From Bacteroidia bacterium (lineage in GTDB: Bacteria > Bacteroidota > Bacteroidia > AKYH767-A > OLB10): DNA of 64,000 bases. A program made the translations under genes and the position numbers. Under the pieces are notes generated by a model. The model searched no databases and had not been told where the DNA came from. It saw only the letters and a program-made list of their open reading frames with translations. Position 1 is the stretch's first letter. The number at the start of each line of letters is the position of its first letter. Shown here one piece after another: positions 1 to 9,584 of the stretch. The stretch covers positions 10,620 to 74,619 of the forward strand of contig JBDTRM010000260.1 in NCBI GenBank assembly GCA_039931675.1, in the 5' to 3' direction.

Positions 1-1035
1 CGCATTTACATTGCTTATGCAGGGCATCAAGGAGGAACTACTTCGGCAAAAGGTGTTATTTATGTTAGATATTCTGATAACCAGGGAACAACATGGTCGG
101 CTGCTACAGAGGTAAGCATTTCAACAGGCCGTCAAAATTGGTTTCCATGGATAACTGTTGATGATGCTACAGGTACCGTAAGTGTTGCATACCTCACTTT
201 TGATACACCTTCGGGATTTATTACCAATACTTATCTTGCTTATTCATTCAACTGGGGATTTTCCTGGAGTAATATTAAAGTGAGCGATGTTGGGCATACA
301 GTAGCATCTATCCCGGGTTTCGCAACAGGTTATTGTGGCGATTATATTGCCAATACCGCTTATGGAAATAAAAATTATGTATGCTGGAATGATGATCGAA
401 CGGGTCAATGGCAGAACTATGTATCACGAATTGATTTTGATAAGCCTGCGGTTTATTCATCAAATACAGATTTGAATCTTAATGGTCCTGTTAATCATAT
501 ATTGCCTTATTCAGGCGACATTGACTATGAAGCAACAAATAATATTAACTCACCGATAGGAAGCACATTTACAATTCAGGCAGGTGCGAATGTTGAAATG
601 CGCGCAGAGGGTCATATCATACTAAACCCGGGCTTTGATGCAAAAAGCGGTTCGCATTATGACGCTGCGATAGTAACGGTAAGTGGTTGTATAAATACGG
701 TAAACCGCGATGGAGTAATTGATGAAATTGAAGAACATGAGAAACTACTCAAGCCAGCCTATAGCGGTGATGCTACTGTGCAGTTCTCCTGCTATCCCAA
801 TCCTGCAAACAATACAATTACTTTCGAATATCTTGTAACTGAACGCAGCGATGTAACTTTAATTCTTACTGATTTGCAAGGCCGCGAGGTAAAACGTTTA
901 TTGAATAATGTTACAATCGAACCGGGTCTTGAAAAAAACAGTTATGATATTTCTGCTCTACCTTCTGGAGTTTACACATATAAATTGGTAACGGGTAACT
1001 ACGTAAAAACCGGTAAGTTTACCAGGATAGATTAA
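1..1035 (+). CDS. T9SS-secreted BNR/Asp-box (sialidase-like propeller) protein, 5' end outside the window
   Basis: Frame +1 is open from base 1 (RIYIAYAG...YSDNQGTTWS...YSFNWGFSWS, Asp-box-like) and continues into ORF 280..1035. The C-terminus has a type A CTD (YPNP...LPSGVYTYKL...KFTRID). Confidence 0.8.
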   Translation, partial: RIYIAYAGHQGGTTSAKGVIYVRYSDNQGTTWSAATEVSISTGRQNWFPWITVDDATGTVSVAYLTFDTPSGFITNTYLAYSFNWGFSWSNIKVSDVGHTVASIPGFATGYCGDYIANTAYGNKNYVCWNDDRTGQWQNYVSRIDFDKPAVYSSNTDLNLNGPVNHILPYSGDIDYEATNNINSPIGSTFTIQAGANVEMRAEGHIILNPGFDAKSGSHYDAAIVTVSGCINTVNRDGVIDEIEEHEKLLKPAYSGDATVQFSCYPNPANNTITFEYLVTERSDVTLILTDLQGREVKRLLNNVTIEPGLEKNSYDISALPSGVYTYKLVTGNYVKTGKFTRID

Positions 1036-1054
1036 ACATAAATCTTGTTTTAAT

Positions 1055-1086
1055 AAAAAAGGCAGCTGTTAATGGTTGCCTTTTTT
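1055..1086 (+). terminator. Rho-independent terminator
   Basis: AAAAAAGGCAGC-loop-GTTGCCTTTTTT about 20 bp after the stop codon. Confidence 0.75.
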
Positions 1087-1163
1087 GTTGAACAAACAAG
1101 CCTGATGAAAATCATAGACTAAAAACCAAAATCAAATATTAAATTCGCATCCGCTTTTATAAA

Positions 1164-1245
1164 AGCTTTTGGCTGTTAGCCTTTTGCTATTAGCAAATTC
1201 AACATTCGTAATTCATAATTCAACATTCATAATTTATAATTCCAT
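1164..1245. repeat. Heptamer arrays (GCTTTTG/GCTGTTA type, then ATTCATA/ATTCAAC type) in the gcvP leader
   Basis: 7-bp periodic degenerate repeats running up to the gcvP ATG. Confidence 0.7.
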
Positions 1246-1247
1246 TC

Positions 1248-4133
1248 ATGTCCTACTTCAGTTTTGCCGACCGGCACATAGGTCCCGATAGTGAGCAGGT
1301 TGCTCAGATGCTTAATTTAATTGGTGTTTCATCGCTCGAGCAATTGATTGATGAAACCGTTCCTGCTGCTATACGCATTAAGGGTGATTTGAATTTGCCC
1401 GATGCGCTCAGCGAAACGGCATATCTCAAACACATTAAATCCGTTTCACTTAAAAATAAAGTGTTCCGTTCTTACATTGGTTTGGGTTATTACAATACCG
1501 TGGTGCCGGGAGTGGTGCAACGCAATGTTTTTGAGAATCCGGGTTGGTACACGGCTTACACACCTTACCAGGCTGAGATTGCGCAAGGCCGCATGGAAGC
1601 CTTGTTGAATTTTCAAACAATGGTTTGTGATTTAACAGGCATGGAATTAGCCAATGCGTCATTACTCGATGAAGCCACAGCCGCAGCCGAAACCATGCAC
1701 ATGTTTTATGCATCACGAAGCAAAGAGCAGGAAAAAAATAATTGCAAAAAGTATTTTGTTTCGGACAAATGTTTTCCGCAAACCATTTCAGTTTTAAAAA
1801 CCCGCTCTAATCCTGTTGGTGTTGAATTGGTGGTTGGCGATTATGCAACAACAAAATTAGACGATACTTATTTTGGTGCGCTGTTGCAATATCCCGATAT
1901 AGATGGCGAAGTGCATAACTATATGCCTTTTGTAAAACATGCTCATGAGCATAATATTTATGTTGCAGTGGCTGCCGATATCATGAGCCTTGCCATGTTG
2001 ATGCCTCCTGGCGAGTGGGGCGCTGATGCTGTTGTAGGTTCAACACAACGCTTTGGTGTACCGCTCGGTTATGGCGGGCCACATGCAGCCTACTTTGCAA
2101 CGCATGATAAATTCAAGCGCGATATACCCGGTCGCATCATTGGTGTGTCTGTAGATACCACCGGCAAACGTGCGCTGCGCATGGCTTTGCAAACACGCGA
2201 GCAACACATCAAACGGGAAAAGGCAACTTCAAATATTTGCACTGCACAGGTTTTACTCGCAGTGATGAGTAGCATGTATGCAGTTTATCACGGACCAAAA
2301 GGTATTCGTTCAATAGCTGAAAATATTCATGAAAATACTTTTCGTTTGAAGGAAGGACTAACCAACCTTGGATACGAAGTTTTGAATAAATACTTTTTCG
2401 ATACTATAAAAGTTGCTGCAAGTGGAAAGGTTCCACGCATTCAGCAATTAGCTTTAGAAAAGAAAATAAATTTCCGTTATAACAGTGATGAAACTGTTTG
2501 CATAAGCCTGGATGAAACTGTGGATGCAACAGACTTAAAAGATATTTTAAATGTATTTGAAGCTGCTGCCGGCAAACAGCTTGACGGCTATGAATCAAAA
2601 AACTTGCAAAACATTTTTATGCGCAGCGAATCATTCCTCATGCGCAGGCAATCTGCTTTTCTTACGCATCCTGTCTTTAATAAATATCACAGTGAGCACG
2701 AAATGTTGCGTTACATGAAGCGCTTGGAAGATAAAGACCTTGCAATGAATCACAGCATGATTTCGCTTGGTTCGTGTACGATGAAATTAAATGCAACTGC
2801 TGAAATGTCTCCGTTAAGCTGGCCTGAATTTGGGGCAATGCATCCATTTGTTCCGATTGACCAGGCTGCGGGTTATCAGCAAATGATTAAGGAATTGGAA
2901 AATTATTTGAGTGAGATAACAGGATTTGCTGCTGCATCGCTGCAACCAAATTCAGGCGCGCAAGGTGAGTATGCAGGCTTGCTCGTGATTCGTGAATACC
3001 TGAAACAAAAAGGCGAAGGTCATCGCTACATTGTATTGATTCCACAATCTGCTCACGGTACTAATCCTGCAAGTGCAGTAATGTGCGGTTATAAAATTGA
3101 AGTGGTTAAGACGGATGATAAAGGCAACATTGACATTCACGATTTAAAACTGAAGGCGGAACGTCATGCTGCAAATCTTGCTGCATTGATGGTTACCTAT
3201 CCTTCAACACATGGTGTGTATGAGGAGGGCATCAAGGAAATAACCTCTATTATACACGCCAATGGCGGACAGGTTTACATGGATGGCGCTAACATGAATG
3301 CCCAGGTGGGATTGACTTCGCCCGGCATGATTGGCGCTGATGTTTGTCACCTTAATCTCCATAAAACATTTTCTATTCCTCATGGCGGTGGCGGACCCGG
3401 CATGGGACCTATCGGTGTGGCTAAGCATCTTGCACCATATTTACCTACGCATCCTTTAACAACTACAGGTGGAGAAAAAGGAGTTGATGCAGTTTCAGCA
3501 GCCCCGTGGGGAAGTGCAAGTATTCTGCATATTTCTTACGCATACATTCGCATGTTAGGAAAGAAAGGTGTGCGTAATGCTACCATTGCCGCTATACTCA
3601 ATGCTAACTATATTCAGAAGCGTTTGGAAAATCATTATCCTATTTTGTATCGCGGAAGCAAAGGACGCTCTGCACATGAAATGATTTTAGATTGCCGTGC
3701 ATTTAAAACCAATGCTGGTGTGGAAGTAACTGATATTGCAAAACGCCTTATGGATTACGGTTTCCACGCACCTACGGTTTCATTCCCTGTGGCAGGTACT
3801 TTAATGGTTGAACCAACAGAGAGCGAAACGATGGAAGAGTTAGACCGTTTTTGTGACGCTATGATTTCTATCCGCAAAGAAATTGATGATATTGAAAAGG
3901 GCATTGCCGATAAACTTGATAACGTGCTCGCTAACTCACCCCATACCGTAACTGAAGTAACAGCAAACGATTGGCATCATCCTTACACGCGCCAGCAGGC
4001 TGCATTTCCTGCGCATTATGTTTCAGAGAATAAATTCTGGCCAAGCGTTAAGCGTGTTGACAATGCTTTCGGTGACCGCAATTTGGTTTGCACTTGCCCG
4101 CCAATGGAGGAGTATATGGAAGAGGTGGCGTAA
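1248..4133 (+). CDS. gcvP: Glycine dehydrogenase (aminomethyl-transferring), glycine cleavage P protein
   Basis: 961 aa; [30 protein letters not shown]-lysine motif [16 protein letters not shown]. Confidence 0.98.
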   Translation: MSYFSFADRHIGPDSEQVAQMLNLIGVSSLEQLIDETVPAAIRIKGDLNLPDALSETAYLKHIKSVSLKNKVFRSYIGLGYYNTVVPGVVQRNVFENPGWYTAYTPYQAEIAQGRMEALLNFQTMVCDLTGMELANASLLDEATAAAETMHMFYASRSKEQEKNNCKKYFVSDKCFPQTISVLKTRSNPVGVELVVGDYATTKLDDTYFGALLQYPDIDGEVHNYMPFVKHAHEHNIYVAVAADIMSLAMLMPPGEWGADAVVGSTQRFGVPLGYGGPHAAYFATHDKFKRDIPGRIIGVSVDTTGKRALRMALQTREQHIKREKATSNICTAQVLLAVMSSMYAVYHGPKGIRSIAENIHENTFRLKEGLTNLGYEVLNKYFFDTIKVAASGKVPRIQQLALEKKINFRYNSDETVCISLDETVDATDLKDILNVFEAAAGKQLDGYESKNLQNIFMRSESFLMRRQSAFLTHPVFNKYHSEHEMLRYMKRLEDKDLAMNHSMISLGSCTMKLNATAEMSPLSWPEFGAMHPFVPIDQAAGYQQMIKELENYLSEITGFAAASLQPNSGAQGEYAGLLVIREYLKQKGEGHRYIVLIPQSAHGTNPASAVMCGYKIEVVKTDDKGNIDIHDLKLKAERHAANLAALMVTYPSTHGVYEEGIKEITSIIHANGGQVYMDGANMNAQVGLTSPGMIGADVCHLNLHKTFSIPHGGGGPGMGPIGVAKHLAPYLPTHPLTTTGGEKGVDAVSAAPWGSASILHISYAYIRMLGKKGVRNATIAAILNANYIQKRLENHYPILYRGSKGRSAHEMILDCRAFKTNAGVEVTDIAKRLMDYGFHAPTVSFPVAGTLMVEPTESETMEELDRFCDAMISIRKEIDDIEKGIADKLDNVLANSPHTVTEVTANDWHHPYTRQQAAFPAHYVSENKFWPSVKRVDNAFGDRNLVCTCPPMEEYMEEVA

Positions 4134-4155
4134 TGTGAAAGAGGTTTCATTTAAT

Positions 4156-4200
4156 AACAAAAAAGTCCAAAGATTTTAAAAACCTTCGGACTTTTTTGTT
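4156..4200. terminator. Bidirectional terminator between convergent genes
   Basis: AACAAAAAAGTCC...GGACTTTTTTGTT inverted repeat with A/T tails. Confidence 0.8.
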
Positions 4201-4215
4201 TAGAGAAATTTCAAC

Positions 4216-5754
4216 TCAATTAATCATCACTTTCGAATCGTAAACCTGGTTATTGATTTCCATCTTTAACAGGTAAATTCCATTTTTAACTGAACCATTT
4301 AAGTTGAGTTCTTTTGAAACATGTCCATTTTGAACACCAATACTAAACTCGTAAACTTTTTGACCAACTGAATTATAAAGTTGAATTGTTGCTGTTCCGT
4401 TTTCATCTTCGCTTAAACCTGCGTATTCAAATGTAAACGAACCCGCATTGGGATTTGGATAAAGGTTTATGGGATTGGTTATTGATGATTCACTTTCTAT
4501 GCTGCCAGTGCTCAGATTAGGATTTGCCATGCGGCAATTAACAGTAGTAGTAACGCTACCTGCACTGATTCGCGAACAACCGGTTGTATTATTTTTTGAA
4601 ACCACTTTATATGTACCCGGTTGCTTGGCTATATAATTATGCGCTGAGTCACCAGTCAATGAAGCATCATTGCGATACCATTGTAGAGAATAACTGGTTC
4701 CGGTGCCACTTGCATTTATGGTAACTGAATCACCCGCGCAAAAAGCCGCGCTGCCCGATGTTGTTAGTGTAACGATAGCATTAGCCTTTGATGTTACAGC
4801 AATAACATTAGAAGTTACTGTGCCGCAGGAATTAGTTACCAAACATTTATAATTGCCTGATGTAGTTACATTATAGGTACTTGATGTCGCTCCGCTTATG
4901 TTGCTGTTATTTTTCTTCCATTGATAAGTCAATCCGAAGCCGGGTGAGCATTTTAAAAGTACGTCACCTCCGGCACAAAATGAAGTATTCCCAATGGCGG
5001 TTATTGCTGCAGTTGGCGCACCGGTACAACTTGAATATAATGCATCAATTTCTGATTGGGATAGCGCGCGGTTATAAATGCATATATCATCAAGAATTTC
5101 TCCGTAAGAATAAGTTACCCCGCAAACACTTACATTACCATGTCCAAAAATTAAGGGATCCTGACTCGTACCAATGGGGCCAAAAGTTAATGTGTAGGAA
5201 GCTCCTAAATCGGCAGCGCCATCAACATAAATTACAGTTTGAGGTTTGTACCATGCGATGGCAACATGGTGCCACTTATTATCAGCAACTACAATACTAC
5301 CGTATTGATAATTATTATTTCCAGCAGGATCAAATAATTGCACCGACAACTTACCATTTGATAAAATGCTGACCGCATAAGCATCGTCACCTGTAATGTA
5401 ACAGCCTGTTGATTTTGAAATAAGAATATTTGGAGCGGTCACCGCAGGAAGTTTAACCCAAAATGAAATGGTTAGTCCTAAAGTCATTCCATCTAAATAA
5501 TCAGAATCGGGTACAACGATAGTTTGGCTTACATTAAACTGGTAGGCCTTATTAGTCTTTGCAAATCTGTCTTGCACTAATATGGCACCATTAACAGCGC
5601 CATTATTTCCCTTGGCGGAATAGTCATGCGCATTTCCGGTAAAACCCCAATAACCAAGTAACCCTGTTGTTGGTACATAAGAAGGTAAAATTTGCGCAAT
5701 AGTTGTTGAAAGAGCTATGCATGCAACAGTAGTTAAGATAATCAATTTCTTCAT
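4216..5754 (-). CDS. T9SS cargo protein: LamG-like jelly-roll, Ig-like repeats, type A CTD
   Basis: Signal peptide; LamG motifs (TISFWVK, KWHHVAI, LDDICIYNRALS); YQWKKN/YSLQWYRN Ig-like repeats; LYPNPN...GIYLLK...KVMIN. Confidence 0.85.
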   Translation of the reverse strand: MKKLIILTTVACIALSTTIAQILPSYVPTTGLLGYWGFTGNAHDYSAKGNNGAVNGAILVQDRFAKTNKAYQFNVSQTIVVPDSDYLDGMTLGLTISFWVKLPAVTAPNILISKSTGCYITGDDAYAVSILSNGKLSVQLFDPAGNNNYQYGSIVVADNKWHHVAIAWYKPQTVIYVDGAADLGASYTLTFGPIGTSQDPLIFGHGNVSVCGVTYSYGEILDDICIYNRALSQSEIDALYSSCTGAPTAAITAIGNTSFCAGGDVLLKCSPGFGLTYQWKKNNSNISGATSSTYNVTTSGNYKCLVTNSCGTVTSNVIAVTSKANAIVTLTTSGSAAFCAGDSVTINASGTGTSYSLQWYRNDASLTGDSAHNYIAKQPGTYKVVSKNNTTGCSRISAGSVTTTVNCRMANPNLSTGSIESESSITNPINLYPNPNAGSFTFEYAGLSEDENGTATIQLYNSVGQKVYEFSIGVQNGHVSKELNLNGSVKNGIYLLKMEINNQVYDSKVMIN

Positions 5755-6020
5755 GGTGTAATTATGTTTAATGTATGGATGTATCTCGTTTTTTAAAGTG
5801 GTTCCTGAACTCCACTAACTTTTTATTCAGAATAGGAAACCTTATTATTTAGGTTTGGCAAGGCCGATGATTTCTTTGTCTTTTGTCTTCCCGGCCAATC
5901 ATTCTGCACTGTTGCGCAACAAATATATCTAAATTACTTTTTATTTGTTTATTTTGGGGTAGAATTATCTCCCCAACAAAAAACCCCACCCTGTCCTCGC
6001 AGCGTAGGTTTTTTACAGAG

Positions 6021-6070
6021 TCCAAACTCACAGGCGCAAATGAAATTCAATCTGATTTTAAAGTTGGGGG
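6021..6070 (+). repeat. 50-bp direct copy of an internal segment (7151-7200) of the SRPBCC gene
   Basis: 45/50 identical by manual alignment. Confidence 0.9.
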
Positions 6071-6143
6071 TTTCAAAGATTTATAAAGTTGCACACAAAC
6101 CATAAGTTGTTTTATCCAAAAAAATTTCTGAATAATAGCAGCG

Positions 6144-6932
6144 ATGAAAAAAGCAGAAGCAAAACCATCAGCAAATTATTTTTTTGTAGATGAATCGGGC
6201 GACCCGAATTTTTATGATGCAAAAGGTAATTTTATTGTCGGGCAGGATGGTTGCTCCAAAATACTTCTTCTCGGATTTATCAATGTACCGGAACCTGAAT
6301 CTATTCGCAAAATGGTTGCTTCACTGAAAGAAGATATTGCCAAAGATGCTTACCTATCATCCATTCCTTCTGTACAAAAATCCATTCGGGCTTTTCATGC
6401 CAAAGACGATTGCCCCGAAGTGAGGGAAAGATTTTTCAAAGAAATTGTAAAAATGAATTTTAAAGCTGAGTTTGTTGTAGCCCGTAAAAGAGAGGATATT
6501 TTTAAAAGCAGGCATAGGTCAAACGAGAATGTCTTTTATGATGATTTGATTTCAAAGCTTTTTGAAAACCAATTGCACAAGGCACTGCAATCTGTTATAT
6601 ATTTTGCTACACGCGGTAATCGAAACCGCACCGGTAATCTTGCCAACGCTATTCAAACAGCCAAACTGACTTTTGAAAATAAATGGAAAATACAAATTGA
6701 GAGTGATATTAATATCCTGTCTCAAAACACCATCGGTGAACCATGCCTTCAGGTAATTGACTATATGAACTGGGCTGTGCAACGAGCATTTATACGTGGG
6801 GAAGACCGCTACCTCAAATTTGTTGAATCTAAAATAAGTTTGATTATAGATATTTATGACTTTAAAAAATATCCCTCCAATTATTATAATCGGAAAAATA
6901 AGTTTGAACTAAAAAAGATAAGCCCTCTATAG
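6144..6932 (+). CDS. DUF3800 domain protein
   Basis: N-terminal FVDESG, central FHAKD and C-terminal LQVIDY (QxxD) motifs characteristic of DUF3800; 262 aa. Confidence 0.85.
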   Translation: MKKAEAKPSANYFFVDESGDPNFYDAKGNFIVGQDGCSKILLLGFINVPEPESIRKMVASLKEDIAKDAYLSSIPSVQKSIRAFHAKDDCPEVRERFFKEIVKMNFKAEFVVARKREDIFKSRHRSNENVFYDDLISKLFENQLHKALQSVIYFATRGNRNRTGNLANAIQTAKLTFENKWKIQIESDINILSQNTIGEPCLQVIDYMNWAVQRAFIRGEDRYLKFVESKISLIIDIYDFKKYPSNYYNRKNKFELKKISPL

Positions 6933-6993
6933 GCTAGTCCCGTTTGAACGGGAGCAGGGCATGGAGCCCGCTTTCACCTGTAAAGGACTTATT
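6911..6993 (-). ncRNA. Candidate structured ncRNA antisense to the DUF3800 3' end
   Basis: A 16-bp closing stem (6918-6933 with 6977-6992; two G-U pairs and one mismatch on the minus strand) encloses two hairpins (6938-6953, 6954-6971). It is preceded by TATCTTTG and followed by U6. Confidence 0.7.
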
Positions 6994-6997
6994 GAGG

Positions 6998-7005
6998 CAA
7001 AGATA
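6998..7005 (-). promoter_or_regulatory. Bacteroidota sigma-A -7 element for the antisense RNA
   Basis: TATCTTTG matches TAnnTTTG, 5 nt before the stem start. Confidence 0.65.
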
Positions 7006-7060
7006 GATAAAAAATGGACGTTGTCTTTCGCATTGCAGATAATTATTAACAAGACTCATA

Positions 7061-7474
7061 ATGTCAAGCACCAATCACAATATCCATATAACAAAAAACA
7101 TTTCCGCATCACGCGAAGCTGTTTTTAATCTCTTCAGAGATAACACCGTATTCAAACTTACAGGAGCAAATGAAATTGAATCTGATTTTAAAGTTGGAGG
7201 AAAGTTTTCTTTGCTATTTAAAAACAGGGGAACAATAAGCGGGCGCTTTATCAAATTAACTGAAAGCGAAATTATTTTAGAGTGGGATGTAGAAGGTTTT
7301 AATCTTCCGAAAGAAACAAATACGATTTTGAAAATATCCCTAATGCAAGAAGAGCAAATGTGTTTGATTGAACTTATCCACTCTAACATAAATAATGCTG
7401 ATTCAGCAGCAGCAAAAAAAAGAGCATGGACAGAAATATTAGATGATATTGAAAAGGCGATTGGCAACAAGTGA
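7061..7474 (+). CDS. SRPBCC/AHSA1-like domain protein
   Basis: ITKNISASREAVF...DFKVGGKF...I.LEW...LIELIH...W..IL pattern; 137 aa. Confidence 0.8.
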   Translation: MSSTNHNIHITKNISASREAVFNLFRDNTVFKLTGANEIESDFKVGGKFSLLFKNRGTISGRFIKLTESEIILEWDVEGFNLPKETNTILKISLMQEEQMCLIELIHSNINNADSAAAKKRAWTEILDDIEKAIGNK

Positions 7475-7510
7475 TATCAGATCAGGAATATTTAACATGT
7501 GATCATCTTC

Positions 7511-7546
7511 AAAAAGAAAAAGCCGCATTGCAATTGCAATACGGCT
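7511..7546 (-). terminator. Terminator downstream of ftsZ
   Basis: AGCCGCATTGC/GCAATACGGCT hairpin followed by a U-rich tail on the minus strand. Confidence 0.65.
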
Positions 7547-7580
7547 CACTAAAGTCAAACTCAACAACTTTTATTTTTAT

Positions 7581-7687
7581 AAATGATGAATAACGAATTT
7601 CGAATAATGAATTTTGAAGTAAGGCAAATTTTTCAAGAGTTCATCTCCTTCGTTATTCAATATTCATCATTCAAAATTCAACATTTC
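7581..7687. repeat. Inverted pair of heptamer arrays (GAATnnn...GAAGT / CTTC...nnnATTC)
   Basis: GAATAAC GAATTTC GAATAAT GAATTTT GAAGT faces CTTC GTTATTC AATATTC ATCATTC AAAATTC. Confidence 0.8.
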
Positions 7688-7690
7688 TTT

Positions 7691-9340
7691 TCAGTCAACC
7701 CTGTCGTGCAGAAAGGTGTTGTTTGATTTGATCTCTACATTTTTATTTTCGTTTTCGCCAAGCGTTAATCTTGAGACCTGCGATTCGCTTGAATCGGGTA
7801 CATTCGCCAATTGCACATTACGCCTTTTATATGCCGGCTCTTTTTCAAGATCGTTAATCACATTGCTGTTGCTGCTTTGAAATTTGTAGCTCAGCTCGCG
7901 CAGTTTCATAATGCGCTCGCGTGTTTTCTTAAACTGATCTTCTGATGTTGCAGCCTCTTCCTCATCAGCAGTTGGGACAATGCTTGCAGTATTAATATCC
8001 GTAACATTTTCAACAGGCGATGCCAGCGTAAATGCTTCCTGGTAAGTTTCGTTGATTGTATTCACTTCGGGTGGAGCAGTTTGCTCTACCGATGTAGTTA
8101 GATCAAATTCAAAACTCATGGTGCCTTCTGTATCAGTTACAGTAAGATGAGAAGGTTTTTCATAAGTATTGTTTTTTTCCTCAGTAACCAGGGGCTTATT
8201 TAATGCCGAGGCCCTTGCATATTCATACGATTTAGGAGCAGCAGGTTTATCAGGCTCCACAGGATTATCGTTGATCAGCGTAGGCTCCATGTTAGTAACC
8301 GGTTTTTCTTTCGGAGTTTCTGTTTTATTGTCTAACGTATGGACTACACGTATTGGCTTGTTTTTCTCAGCAATAATTTCAGTGTGTGTTTTAAAGCCTG
8401 TAGCAATTACGGTTACTGCAATTTTATCACCAAGTGTTGCATCAGTTCCTGTGCCCATAATAATGTCGGCAGTGAGGCCGGCCTGTTCCTGGATGTAATC
8501 GGTAATTTCTCCTATTTCATCCATAGTCACTTCAGTTTTTCCTGAGGTGATGTTAAGCAGGATATAACGTGCCCCATTAATATTGCTGTCATTAAGCAAG
8601 GGTGAGTCAAGCACTAATTGAGCTGCTATCTTGGCTCGCTCAGTACCTTCGGCAAAGGCACAACCCATAATGGCTACACCGCTGTCTTTAAGCACTGTCT
8701 GCACATCGGCAAAGTCAACGTTTATATACCCGGTTACAGTAATAATTTCAGCAATGCTTCGTGCAGCAATGGTTAAAATATCATCAGCACGGCCAAACGC
8801 CTCGGTGAGTTTAAGATCACCGTGAATTTCGCGCAGCTTATCATTGCTGATGATAAGCAATGTGTCAACGCTCTTTTTCAATTCTTCTATCCCGGTGTTG
8901 GCTTGTAACTTTCTCTTTTTTCCTTCAAAAGCAAAAGGTACGGTTACAATACCAACGGTTAGGATCCCCATTTCTTTAGCAACACCTGCTATAATCGGTG
9001 CAGCACCTGTGCCGGTGCCACCGCCCATACCTGCGGTTATAAAAACCATCTTAATATCTTTAGCTAAAGCGCGTTGTATCTCCTCAATATTTTCAATTGC
9101 TGCATTTTTTCCCACTTCGGGGAGTGAACCTGCACCGCGGCCTTCTGTAAGGCTGGGCCCGAGTTGAATTTTAAATGGCACAGGGCTTATTTCAAGTGCC
9201 TGTGCATCAGTGTTGCAAATCATAAAGTCAACACCACGAATGCCTTGGTGGTACATGTGATTTACGGCATTGCTGCCACCACCGCCCACGCCAATCACTT
9301 TAATGATAGAGGGTCTTTCTTTTGAGATTTCGAATTCCAT
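7691..9340 (-). CDS. ftsZ: Cell division protein FtsZ
   Basis: GVGGGGSNAVN, GMGGGTGTG, INVDFADV; Bacteroidota-type tail EPAYKRR...FLHDRVD; start moved to ATG 9340. Confidence 0.98.
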   Translation of the reverse strand: MEFEISKERPSIIKVIGVGGGGSNAVNHMYHQGIRGVDFMICNTDAQALEISPVPFKIQLGPSLTEGRGAGSLPEVGKNAAIENIEEIQRALAKDIKMVFITAGMGGGTGTGAAPIIAGVAKEMGILTVGIVTVPFAFEGKKRKLQANTGIEELKKSVDTLLIISNDKLREIHGDLKLTEAFGRADDILTIAARSIAEIITVTGYINVDFADVQTVLKDSGVAIMGCAFAEGTERAKIAAQLVLDSPLLNDSNINGARYILLNITSGKTEVTMDEIGEITDYIQEQAGLTADIIMGTGTDATLGDKIAVTVIATGFKTHTEIIAEKNKPIRVVHTLDNKTETPKEKPVTNMEPTLINDNPVEPDKPAAPKSYEYARASALNKPLVTEEKNNTYEKPSHLTVTDTEGTMSFEFDLTTSVEQTAPPEVNTINETYQEAFTLASPVENVTDINTASIVPTADEEEAATSEDQFKKTRERIMKLRELSYKFQSSNSNVINDLEKEPAYKRRNVQLANVPDSSESQVSRLTLGENENKNVEIKSNNTFLHDRVD

Positions 9341-9419
9341 TGCTTGATTATTAAGTTTCAATATATATGATGAGAAGACAGGAGTGAATTCCTTTTTTGT
9401 TTATTCTTTTTGATTTTGT

Positions 9420-9556
9420 TGATGATTTGAATTTCGAATTTCGAACAAATGAATTTTGAATATTGAAGTTTAATCCTTCGTGTTTCAACATTATTATATT
9501 CTTTTAATACTGGATTCTTAATTCGTTATTCTATTGTTCTCCCGGACTAATCGGGA
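9420..9556. repeat. Inverted heptamer arrays plus a degenerate TCCCG..ATCGGGA palindrome (9540-9556) in the ftsA-ftsZ spacer
   Basis: GAATTTC GAATTTC...GAATTTT GAATATT GAAGT / CTTC...; TCCCGGACTAATCGGGA. Confidence 0.65.
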
Positions 9557-9584
9557 TATTAATTCAAAATTTATAATCTAAAAT

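Noticed and set aside
1036-1247. Glycine riboswitch upstream of gcvP
   Set aside because: No GGAGA/CCGAAG/CTCTCAGG aptamer motifs; the leader is a terminator plus heptamer repeats.
5883-6086. 67-aa ORF as a real gene, or the 6021/7151 pair as a DGR template and variable repeat
   Set aside because: Only about 16 codons match SRPBCC. The mismatches are not adenine-specific on either strand, and no reverse transcriptase is present.
7691-8400. Long low-complexity FtsZ C-terminal region as a novelty
   Set aside because: Long linkers ending in a FLHDxVD-type tail are normal for Bacteroidota FtsZ.
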